DNA from: the human T2T-CHM13v2.0 reference genome, Homo sapiens
DNA: 64,000 nt
Direction: 5' to 3' (one strand)
NCBI RefSeq assembly: GCF_009914755.1
Contig: NC_060938.1
Of the stretch, positions 46,305-60,010 are shown in pieces. Position 1 is the stretch's first letter. Each line of letters opens with the position of its first letter. The translations under genes and the position numbers were made by a program. The notes under the pieces were generated by a model, which ran no database searches, had not been told where the DNA came from, and saw only the letters and a list, made by a program, of their open reading frames with translations.

Positions 46305-49300
46305 TACAGTTTATATATCTCTATCATTTATCTATCATCTATATTTCAATACATCAAACTATCATATATTGAGCACTTACTGTATGTCAGTACTTTCATG
46401 CATTCCCTTATTTAATCTTCACAACAGAATCCTGTGAGACAGGGCTTTTATCCAGATTTTAGGAGGTAAAATATCTTGCCCACCGCCACACACTTAATAA
46501 ATAGTGGTGCTAGTATTTAAAGTAGCCAGTGGGCCTTTAATGCTGTGTGATCCCCAAGTGTTTTTTCCTATACTAGTTATGAAACTACTTTTCATACCCC
46601 TTCTTTACTTCCAAATTATTTTTATCTACCAACACTAAAATAGTGTATTTATGTCAATGGTTATATAAGTCTTCACTTGTGACCTCCCAGGCCCTATTCT
46701 AAGTTCACAAATGACATTTTAATATTGTCCTTTTCTAGGGAGAGCCTCTCCTAGCAGGCCACAGTCTCAAACTTCTTTAAACATATGACCTTTGCCCTAT
46801 TGTCACTCTTTTGTACAGCACCACAGTGGGTCAAATTATCTCCCCTGTCCATAAACAACTGCACTTGTGAAGTAGAAATGACTATTAAAAAGAGTGGTGG
46901 GACCCCCTGTTGGGAACTCTAATAGGCTCGGCCAGGGACCAGAGAACATTACTATCACATCCATATGTGTCCTCTTACCAGGGTCAGCCTCATGGAAACA
47001 GGCACAATAATAGCTTCAGACAAAAGCCGGGGATGATATCGAACTGACTTTCCCAGGAGAATCCTTTCTCAGAAGGCCACGACATTCTTGATTAGAGGCA
47101 GCGAGTCAAAGAGGAGGAATGGATGTGAGGTTTTTTTTTTTCATATTTAAAGCTGGTGAAATTAATTCGTATATGCTCTCCCAGGGATCTTTATTTTTTT
47201 TAACTGAGCCTTTAGTTTGGTCACTCAAAGTGAGGGGCTCATCAAACACCAAGCCTGTTCCTTTCACTGTGAAGAGTGTAACAGAAAGTATGTTGTTATT
47301 GGTATCTGTTGTTTAAGCAAGACAGGCAAACTAAAAGCTCTGCAACATCAGCCACATCACCCACCTTCACTCTCATCATAGTTTTACAATTGCATGCTTT
47401 TTATTTGACTGATCAGAGGCCAGGTTTACAAAAACTTTTTAAAAGACAAAGCAGGTTATTTGCACCTGGATTAAAAAGACCATTTGTTTTAAGCTTAGGA
47501 TGCTAATGATGATGGAAAATAGAAACATCTTTATTTCTATGGAACACACGAAGTAATTCTGCAAGGACATTTTCTGTGTGGATCCAGTTTTTTTTTTCTG
47601 TTGCAATGAATGTAATTTTATTGTCGTGTGTCAAAGTTTATACTCCTGCTGTAAAGCATCTCTTCAACTTTAACAGCATAAGTGAAATCACCCAAGTGTA
47701 TGGCCTTACTGGTAATATGGCTTTTAAAATATTTAAGCCCTTCTCCTTTATACCCCTTGTCATTAACTGGTAAATTACTAATTTATTTCCTATTAGAATT
47801 TATATAGTTTGCAGCAATTAAGAAGAAAGGGATAATTGCTGACAAACCCAGGGCACTATTTAAATCACTTCCTTGTTGACAACATATTTCTCTTTCCTCA
47901 AACTGAATGTCACTGAAATCTGATTTGTACAGAACCCTTGTGGACGAGCATGCTGCACCTGTCACCTGGGCGCTAGCATTCTGCTAAGGATCAATTTACA
48001 TAACCTCATTTAATGGTTCATAAATCATACCCATTAAGCCCAGCTAACAGGAACCAAGGGTTCTAATTTATGCTGCCTTTCATAGCAGAAAATTGGGAGG
48101 CTGGAGCCTGTGGATAAAGAACCCAGGTCTTGCCTTTGATTGTTGATTGTGATGGTAAATGTATGGATGATGAGAACAGATTTTCACTTTATTGATTTCC
48201 TGCCAAAGCACAGCATGCTTTATTGTGAAAGGGCGCCTTTTGGCAGCAATGCTAAAAGTGGCAGTTGTTTAGGAGCCCTTTGCCAAGATGAGGTCTAAGA
48301 CAATACAGAGTGGTAAATACTAAAATAATATCAAGATGAAATGTTATTCTGTAAAAGAAAAAATCAGAACCTCTAACATTTTGGAAATCAGTGACCTTTT
48401 CTCCCCAGTAGCACCCCTCCCCCACAAAAGCATGTGCATCCAAGAATCAGGACAAGATGGTTTTAAGAAATGAAAAAAAGCAATGTTTCTATATCCTGCC
48501 CTAAGTTACTTGCTGATGGTGGCTCATGCAAAATAATGCAGATGTCTAGAATCCTTCAGATAATGACATTTCAGCCAGAATGCTCTACTGGGCCAAGTCT
48601 GCAGACTCTGCACTCTCTCTTCTGCCATGTACTGCTTTTTGGTTGAAAATCCGGAAGAACCATTTTTCTATTTCATTTTTCCCTTTTAGGTCAAAATATT
48701 GTATCCAACTATATATAGTTTTCTGCAAAATGCAATATATAAAAGGTCATCTTCTCACAAGTGCTTGGGCTGGATTTCAAAATAGCAAAAGTGGTCCTAA
48801 GATCATTTTCCAGATGAAAAACATCTCTTAAGTATTGCTGAGGCATATTGATTCCCTTCTCTCATCTCAGTTCTGCCCTATAATGGACAATGTATATTCT
48901 CATTTTAGCTTGTTCTCAAAATCTTTGTTAAACATGGTGATTTTTTTTCCGATAAAATGTAGTGCCTTCTTCCCGCCCCCCAACCCCCATTTCTCTCCTC
49001 AATGCAGGCTTTTCTGAAACACTTTGACTTTTATTCCAGGTTGGATGTCACTGAGGATAGTCACTGACATGGATTACAAACACTGTGGACTCTGCCCCAC
49101 CCCTATCTTTAAATTCTGAACCTGCCCTGTAGAATATTGGTTGGAGCCGTGCAAGACAATGGAAGCAAGCTTGGCAATCACTTCTGTCTGCTTTTCTGTC
49201 CAGTGTGAAGTGTCTACTGCTTTGTTACACTGATCCTTCTTCATAAGAAAAAAAATCAATGATATCTACATCTTCTCTGCTATTTGAGTTGGTTTATCTA

Positions 49301-49364
49301 TAGTTAAACAAAGCCTACAGCTAGTACTACGAACGGAATATAAGTAGACATCTGGAGTTTTAGT

Positions 49365-49788
49365 GTATCCAGAACAACTTACCTCCACTCTTCTGGTAAC
49401 AGAACCCTCTTTTCCCAGGGGACCTCATCCTATGTGATGGTGACATTGGCCCTGCTGTCCAGCACCATCCAAAGGGATAGTGATTGGTTCAGGAATGGGC
49501 ACTGGACATGACCCTAGGAATTATCTGGAATTGCTGTCAGGAAAGACCAATCTGTTCTCTGGAGTTATCAATCTGGTAGTGAATAGAGTCTGTCCAAGAA
49601 AGGGAGGGAGAGTGGCAGAACTTCACCAATGTCATTTGAGCCTGTGGATCCAGCCATATCTAAAATTAGAGGCACCTCTGAACTTGCCAGCTTAGTGAAT
49701 CCATAGATTCTACCCTTTCTCTTTTTTATTAAGCTAAATTGAGCTGGGTTTCTGTCATGTGAAATCCTAAAAGTTTGACTTAATTCAG
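49365..49788 (+). mobile_element. Old MaLR LTR (MLT1J/K-like)
   Basis: tgattggttcaggaatgggca; ggatccagccatatct; ttaagctaaattgagctgggtttctgtca. Confidence 0.6.
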
Positions 49789-50159
49789 AAAGAAACTCAA
49801 TACAGAATAATTGAATAAGTGTGGAAAATTGAGCTTTTTTGTACTGGGAGTGAAGATCCAGATTCCAGTCATGACATTGTCTGTAGGTTGCAGTTTTCTC
49901 ATTTTTTTAAAAAAAGGGCCATACTAGAGAATGTATAAGGCCCTACAAATCTATTTTACTCATTCATTTATTCATTCACTCACTTATTCAAAAAATGTTT
50001 AATACAGACTATTGACTGGCACTATAGTAAGCACTAGAAACACAGAAATGAACAAAATAGAAAAAAAATCCTGTCCTCATAGCGCTTACATTCAAATTAG
50101 TAGTGACAGATAGATAAATAATTAAACAAGTATCAGGAAACAGTTGAAATTTCAAATCA

Positions 50160-50628
50160 TGCTTCAATTATCTATTACTGTATAACTTCGTGACTTAAAA
50201 CAAGTATTTGTTATTTTTCCACAATTCCATGGGTCAATAATTAGGACTGAGCTCAGCTGAGAGGCTTTTCTGCTGATCTTGCCTGGGGTCACTCATGTGA
50301 CAGCAGTCATCTGGCAGCTTGGCTGAGGCTGGAGAGTCTAAGATGGTCTCACTTAAGTGCCTGGGGCTTGATGCAGGCTGTCTGCCAGGCCTCTCCCTTG
50401 ATGTAGGCTCTCATCTTTCAGTGTCTAGGCAAGCATCCCAAGAGAGCAAAGGCAGAGTCTGCCAAATCTCTTGAGGCCTAGGCTCTAAAACTCATAAGCA
50501 TCACTTTTACCACATTCTGTTGGTCCAAACTAGTCACAAGGTCAAATAAGATTCAAGTGGTGGGAAAATAGATTCCACCTTTTTCTGAGAGGAGCTGCAA
50601 AATATGGCCATGTTTTTCAATCCACCAT
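50160..50628 (-). mobile_element. MLT1H-like LTR
   Basis: ggggtcactcatgtg...cacattctgttggtccaaactagtcacaagg...caatccacca. Confidence 0.72.
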
Positions 50629-50761
50629 AGGTAGGGTGGCCAGAGAAGTCCTCATTGAACAAAGTGATCTTTGTATAAACTTCTGAGCTATGCCCTGTAT
50701 CAGGGGGAAGACCATTCCAAGCAGAGTGAATGAGTATAAGGACCCAAGGTAGAAGAAGGAA

Positions 50762-51172
50762 TGTATTAGTTCATTCTTGCATTGCTATACATACCTGAGG
50801 CTGGGTAATTTATGAAGAAAAGAGGTTTAATTGGCTCATCGTGCTGCAGGATTTACAGGAAGTGTGGTGCTGACACCTGCTTCTGGTGAGGCCTTAGGAA
50901 GTTACAATTATGGCAGAAGGCGATGGGGAGCCAGTATGACACATGGCGAAAGTGGCGCAAGAGGGGTGGCAGGAGGTGCCACACACTTTTAAACAACTAT
51001 ATCTCACATGAACTCAGGACTAGCACTCACTTATTACCAAGGGTATGGCACTGAGCCATTCATGAGGGATCCACTCCCATAATCCAAACACCTCCCACCA
51101 GGCCACACCTTGAACACTGGGGATTACATTTCAACATGATATTTGCAGGGGGGAAACATCCAAACCATATCG
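50762..51172 (-). mobile_element. MST (MSTA/B-like) LTR
   Basis: tgtattagttcattcttgcattgctata...ggggattacatttcaacatga...catccaaaccatatc. Confidence 0.88.
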
Positions 51173-52184
51173 AGTAGGAGATGCAGCAGGCAGAGGAAGA
51201 AGTCCAGTGTGGTGGAATGAGCAAGGTGGAAAGTAGGAGCCTATGAGCTCAGAACGATGATGGGGGAGTGCCTTGTAGAGGGTTTTAAGGCCTCTGCCTT
51301 TGAGTCAAAGGAGGAGCCCCCGGGGATTTGAGCAAAGGAGTGATATCATTTGACTTACATAGTGGAAAAGGATCGCTCTAAGTACTGGGTTTGCAGAGAT
51401 TAAATGAGTCAAGAGCAGAAGGGAGATCAGTTAGGAGACTATTGCTATGAAACAGGAAAGGGAAGAGAAGTTGGTGACATAGCCTAGGTAGCCATGGTGG
51501 CAGTAATGAGAAGTGGTCTGTTTCTGGGTATATAGAATTAATAGAATTTGCTGATACAGGGTGTGAAGGAAAGAAAAAAGTTGAGAATTAGTGTAAGGTT
51601 CTTAACCTAAGCAACTGAAAGAACAGAATTGCCATTCATTGCAATGATAAAAACTATAAGAGGAGCAGTTTGGGGAGAGAAGATTGGGAGCTTTGCTTTG
51701 GACATGTTGCATTTGCGGTGTCTGACGGGTATATTAGTGGTGCTATTGAGTAAGCTGTGGATGTTTCATCAGATTATTGTGAATGTCCACTCTAATAGCT
51801 TTGAAAAGTATGATCGTCTATGCAAATACAATTTTTAAACCATATTCCTATAAACACAGTAGAGACCGTGTGTTTACGTCAGCATTTTCCAAAGGGGCAT
51901 ATCCAGCTGTTATAGGTTTCCAGGTACATCTGCCTATATATTTCATAAGCTTTTAAAAACTCGCCAATCACCCTAAAAATTATCATATTGCAGTTTTTTT
52001 CATTGTCACTCTTTAAAATCAGCATCTGTTGATTTTTTTTTCTTTTAAAATCCTCCTTGTCCAACTGTTTCTTTCCCTAGACTTAAATGGGAAAGAAAAA
52101 GTAAGGTGAGACACTGAAGCATTGTGTTACAGAAGACAAACCCTGTAGAGGGTAGAGATTTTTCATAGAGATTTGGTACTGTGG

Positions 52185-53870
52185 ATTGTAGCTTATGGGT
52201 GCTTATTCTGTGCCAGACTCTTGATAAGCACTGGGGATATGGAAGTCGATAAAATAGTACCTAATCTAAAGGGCTCACATTGTGATGGAAAAGACAGAAG
52301 GTAGTAGATGATTATAATATTTAAAATTATTACAGCTGTGGTAGAAACATGCACATGGAGCACAGGAGATGGATAACTTGCCAAGCCTGTGAAAGGGTCT
52401 AGTTAAGGAAGTTTTCCAAAAAATACAATGCCTGAACTGAGAAAGGGTAAATGGAAATTAGCCAAGGGAAGTGGGTATTTCATGCAAGGAGGATGGCTTA
52501 ATCAAAGGCCCAATGACAAGAAGTAATCTTGTGTATTTAGGAAACTGTAGTTCAACAAAATAGAACCAAAAAGTTGGAGACAGGTAGTAGCACAAGGAGC
52601 AACTTAGGAGGTAGGCAGGAAGCTCACCATGGAAGACCTTCTATGCCTTGGGAAGACCTTGACTTGTATCCTAGAGGTGATTGGGGAGACGTTGAAGGTT
52701 GAAAGAAAAGGAATAAAATAGTAAGATTTCTATATGGGAAAGATCACTGTGGTGATTGGATTGGGCTGGGGGTGAAGGTGTCAAACAGGAAAGTGAATGG
52801 TGTTGCTGCAGTGACCCTGAGGAGAGAGGATGAGATGGGGCTGGAGGGACTGCTATACAGAATGGAAAAAAGGGAAAGAACCAAGAAACATTTAAGATAC
52901 AAAATTGTTAGGACCAAGTAACTAATGGGAGCTAGGGGCTGAAGGAGAGAGTTTCAGTGGATATTGGTGCCACAAACTGATACAGAGAATTTGGGAGAAG
53001 GAACTCATTCAGGGAAAAGGAGATGAACTCAGGTAGAGACAAGGGTGAGTTGGGACATCCGTGTGCAACCTTTATTCAATCTGTACAAAAAGCTTGCATT
53101 TGAGGCTTAAAATGGTGAATAGATTTGCCCAGGGTTACCCAGAACCAGGATTACCAACTCAGTCCTTCTTGACTCTAGTCATCACCATCCCCTCACCTCA
53201 GCCTGTAAGTACATGCAGCATCTTGAAGGTTTTGCAGAGCTAGAATAATAATATGATGATTCATCGAATACTCATTCAGCCCCTAAAAATCTTAAGTTGC
53301 TCTGGTAACCCAAAAGTGAATTAGAGACAGACTCTATCCACCAGAGTTCATACTATATTGAGAGATAAGAGATGCAGATAAATTATTTTGATACAGTAGA
53401 AAAAAGAAGTAGAGAAAAGGAGTCACAGTGTTATATCAATTTAGAAGAAGGAGAAATTATCTTATGCAAAGACACTCGTGAAGTGCTTAATGCTAAGTAC
53501 TAAGCCTTATGGATATCCAAGCATACAACACTTGTAGTACCTATGCTCAATGGTTATTCACCTCAAACTTATGGGAACTGTGGTAGGTCTCAAACAACAT
53601 GTGGAATTTAGATACAAATACAGGATGCAGATGGGGGTGGGAAAGGCATTCTGATTAATGGAGCCCAGGAAGAATAGCATGGAGATGGGAATACTTCCCA
53701 GCGGCTTTCGCAGGTGAAAATGCAGGAATGCAGAGCTGTCGAATTTAGCTGGCATGGAAGGAGCATTGAAGGAGAAGAGTGAAAAATGAGCTCCAACAGT
53801 GGTTTGGAGCCAGTTTGTGGAAGATCCAGAATGCTAAGGAATGGGCTGGCACGGGCAATGTGTTCCTCAT
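52185..53870 (-). mobile_element. L2 relics
   Basis: Purine-rich L2-like segments (tgcttattctgtgccagac; ggaaagatcactgtgg). Confidence 0.5.
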
Positions 53871-54920
53871 AGTTTGAACTCTGAATTTCTTGTCACACAC
53901 AAAAATAAAGGAGGACAGGTAGTGGGTACTAGTTTCAGTCTGTGAGTTATATTCACTATTTCAGAAAGTTTAAAACATTAGTCTTTTTTTTGCTTTTGGT
54001 TAGAATTACATATCACCTTTTCCTTAGGGAAACTGGTTAGATCATGTTGGGAAGAAGTTTGGCTTGACCGTTGCTGGCTTCATAGGCATTTGTGGGATGG
54101 GATTGGGACACCTGGCTGTGTTATCCTATCAACAGGCTAGCAGTCACTGCAGAGCATTTCACAAGAAATAGCTCATTGCTTTTTCACATTGTAGGTTAAT
54201 TATTTTACATGATTGTGCAACTCTGATAGCCATTGGTTATTCACGAAAACTTGACTCGATATTTAAGTGGAAAGTATGCCAACACTTACTAAATGCTGTT
54301 TGTTTGGTACATAGCTTTCAGAACATGGTGTCCACAGGCAGTGTGGATGTTGTCCAGGGAAGTGAGCGAAAGAGGTCCTTAGTGGAAAAAAGATTAGGTA
54401 ACACTAATATGTGCCCTGCTATGGGGACATTTCATAAAGAAACCTTTTAACTTAAATTGATTGCTTTTAGTTTAAGAGTAATAATGAAAGATATTGATCC
54501 TTTATTGTAAGTCTTGTTGGACCTAGATGAGGCATAAGTTATAAATAACAATGTCCAATATGTCTGATTTTTTAGTTGTTACATAGTTTTGGTATCTTAG
54601 GGGAGAAAATAGAGAGGAAACAGTTTTCTTGCTTTTGATTTTGATCTATGAACAATTTCTTAGAGTCACTAACCTGATAGAATTACTTTTCAAGCTATTG
54701 AAACTTTCAAAGGTCATAAATATGTAACACTAGGGGATTAACTGATATATTATGTAACATCTGTAATGGGAATACGATATAGCCATTAAAGATGATTTTG
54801 TAAAACATTTATTGAGTGAACAAATTTAAACTGCAAAACCTTGGACATTTTATGATTACATTTTTTATAAATGTGTTTGTGAATATACAAATATGTGCTT
54901 CAGAAAAACAGATAATTTTT

Positions 54921-55955
54921 TTAAATTTTATTATTATTATACTTTAAGTTTTAGGGTACATGTGCACAATATGCAGGTTTGTTACATATGTATACATGTG
55001 CCATGTTGGTGTGCTGCACCCATTAACTCGTCATTTAACATTAGGTATATCTCCTAATGCTATCCCTCCCCACTCCCCCCACCCCACAACAGTCCCCAGA
55101 GTGTGATGTTCCCCTTCCTGTGTCCATGTGTTCTCATTGTTCAATTCCCACCTATGAGTGAGAACATGAGGTGTTTGGTTTTTTGTCCTTGCGATGGTTT
55201 GCTGAGAATGATGGTTTCCAGTTTCATCCATGTCCCTACAAAGGACATGAACTCATCCTTTTTTATGGCTGCATAGTATTCCATGGTGTATATGTGCCAC
55301 ATTTTTTTAATCCAGTCTATCGTTGTTGGACATTTGGGTTGGTTCCAAGTCTTTGCTATTGTGAATAGTGCCACAATAAACATGCGTGTGCATGTGTCTT
55401 TATAGCAGCATGATTTATAGTCCTTTGGGTATATACCCAGTAATGGGATGGCTGGGTCAAGTGGTATTTCTAGTTCTAGATCCCTGAGGAATCACCACAC
55501 TGACTTCCACAAGGGTTGAACTAGTTTACAGTCCCACCAACAGTGTAAAAGTGTTCCTATTTCTCCACATCCTCTCCAGCACCTGTTGTTTCCTGACTTT
55601 TTAATGATCGCCATTCTAACTGGTGTGAGATGGTATCTCATTGTGGTTTTGATTTGCATTTCTCTGATGGCCAATGATGATGAGCATTTTTTCATGTGTT
55701 TTTTGGCACATAAATGTCTTCTTTTGAGAAGTGTCTGTTCATATCCTTCACCCACTTTTTGATGGGGTTGTTTGTTTTTTTCTTGTAAATTTGTTTGAGT
55801 TCATTGTAGATTCTGGATATTAGCCCTTTGTCAGATGAGTAGATTGCGAAAATTTTCTCCCATTTTGTAGGTTGCCTGTTCACTCTGATGGTAGTTTCTT
55901 TTGCTGTGCAGAAGCTCTTTAGTTTAATTAGATCCCATTTGTCAATTTTGGCTTT
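54921..55955 (-). mobile_element. 5'-truncated young L1 (L1PA3/4-like), about 1.03 kb
   Basis: ORF2 C-terminus ([18 protein letters not shown]) and 3'UTR; perfect TSD aaaacagataattttt at 54905-54920 and 55956-55971. Confidence 0.95.
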
Positions 55956-57496
55956 AAAACAGATAATTTTTAACAGTAGTTATTTCTAGGTGGTGAAATA
56001 TAGGGGCTTTATTCTAAAAATGTATTTATATATTATATATTTGTGTATAATGAGCATGCATTTGTATAATTTTTACTGCTTGACACAAAAAATTAATGAA
56101 GAAGACATTAATAGGGTAAACTTACCTTTTACACCAGCTGTCTTAACTTTGGCTCATCAGGCAAGATAAGTTAAAACAAAAGGCAGCCGAGACCCTCCCA
56201 AGTGGTTCCTTCAACCACTGTGTGTGACAGGGGTCTGAGGAGTGCCTTTTGGCCATCTTGCATCTCATATTGAATTCTTTTTTATAAAACATCTGTTAAC
56301 ATCATCAAGGACTGGGGTTCAAAGAAATCCAATTTATGAAACCCGATCTAGACATTTTCAAAATTGCAAATCACGGTTATCGAAAGCCTTCTAGAAAACG
56401 CCTTGCAACAAGACTGATTAAATACATTGCAGTGGGGAAGGAAGGGCTGGCAAAGGTGAAGGAGGTGAAGAATTTTTAATGAAAATTATAATTGAGGAAT
56501 CTGGAAAATAGAAACCCTTTTCTTATTTGTACTTATCTTAATCTTATAAACCAGAGCAACAACACATCAATAAAAGAGATTTGGTTGCATCTGCTAGATT
56601 GAACTGTTAAAAGCTTTTATTTAGGAAGCTTTGTAATAATAATAATTAACTTCCCTCTCCCTTTGCAATAGAAGCACAGTTTTAGATTTAGATATACTGC
56701 TGGTCTTCTTTACTCATGACCTTATTCTCTTGCTTTCTGACAAATCTAGAGAGTATAGTTATGGGTTCCTTTGAATCAAGAGGCTAAAGAAGTACCTGTA
56801 TTTCTCAGGAGTTGAGTGATACTTTGGAACAATGCAGAAATAAGTTGCATATGCTTTATCCTTACTCTCATGGCATTCACTTAGGGCATTAGCACTATAT
56901 TCGGTATCATCAAATAAATAACATTCTATATTCATACCGATATTATTTTATTAATGTTGATTGTTCTTGATCATGGAAAATGCAGTCTTTCTCTTTAGGG
57001 AAGGATTTTTGGTCAGCTGATCTTGTGAGAATGGAGAGGTTTAAGAACAATGATGTCTGTGTTTCCTCTTTTAAATCAAAGTAGCCTTGATATCATTTAG
57101 CAATTGGATTATATGAAAAATCCCAACACGGCATAGCTCTTCTGTTGAAATTGGATTGATTTCTTTAGAGACCATCTGATCTCAACAGCAGTCTGTAAAA
57201 AATCCTCTGAACCTCAAAAGGAACTAAAATTAATGGATTTTTAAAAACCTAAGCTCTCAGTTTTTTTGAGCATGTAAAGACCCCTCCTCCCAGTAATTTG
57301 CATCTATAAACAAAAGTGAAAGTGTGCGTGTCTGTATATATAAAAACCTAATACTTCACTCTTACCTTGTGCTGAACTTTTTGATTTCTCTATTTACTAA
57401 AGAGAATAACTATATTTTCAAACATACTAAAAAATGTTTTGAAATATCTCACCAGCTCCAAATTCCAAAGTTCTCTGAATTGCATATACTTTTTAA

Positions 57497-57850
<354 letters not shown>

Positions 57851-58076
57851 TAATGTGCCTTTCACTCTTGTAACGTGCAGAGACTCATTAGGTATCCTTC
57901 CACCCTACATTAAGACTCTAAATTGGAATGCATATGTCCTTCTCTTAAAGCAACTTGAAGTCAAAACATGACATTTTGAGACATTTACTATGAAAAGTGA
58001 TATTATATTAATAATTCGAGTTACAAAAAGATTTATTATAGTTTTTAAAATTAGTTACCTTCTCTAAAAATTTTAA

Positions 58077-58542
<466 letters not shown>

Positions 58543-59129
58543 TAAAAGGCCATTAAACCAAGTCACTTTTGTTATTGTTTTTTAACTTAGACTCATCCTA
58601 AGAAATAATATCCATGAAATTATGGGTTTGATTATGTTCATTATTAATTCTTCTGATATAAAATAAAATAAAGATATAACCATTAAAAATAATTATTTTC
58701 ATGCATATACTCTCAGGAACCAATGATATACATATTCTAGTTTGGGAAATGCTGGCATTGAGAAGCTACTTCTGTATCTCCTTGCCTTTCTTCAACGGTA
58801 ACATGAGTTTTCTTGTTTGCAGGTGGCATATGCGGGTAAGCCTTGTCCTAAACCTTCCACAGTTAACTAAGAGTTGCAATTCAGTCTGCCGTCTTTGGGC
58901 TAGAGGCCCACAGTGAGGTCTTGGTATAAAAGACCATATTTCCCAGCATTCCTAGAGTGGGCTCTGCACACCACCAGCAGTTCTCCACACCTGCAGCTTC
59001 TCACTGCTCAGGACAAGGAGTCCCAATTACTTGGACAAGTGTTTCACTTTCTTATGGTGATTTTGGGTCTATATGGAAAACTAGAGTTGCTGGCTTTTCT
59101 AGATCTCTGGAACTGCCTTGTATTTCTTT

Positions 59130-60010
<881 letters not shown>

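Larger units (their letters stand above)
49958..51760 (-). mobile_element. L2a fragment split by two LTR insertions
   Basis: cattcatttattcattc 3' tail at ~49960; L2 sequence resumes at 50630-50760 and 51173-51760. Confidence 0.65.

Noticed and set aside
56152-56159. CTGATGAG on the minus strand suggesting a hammerhead ribozyme core
   Set aside because: No stem II followed by GAAA and no compatible stems I/III; no H box between the hairpins for an H/ACA RNA either
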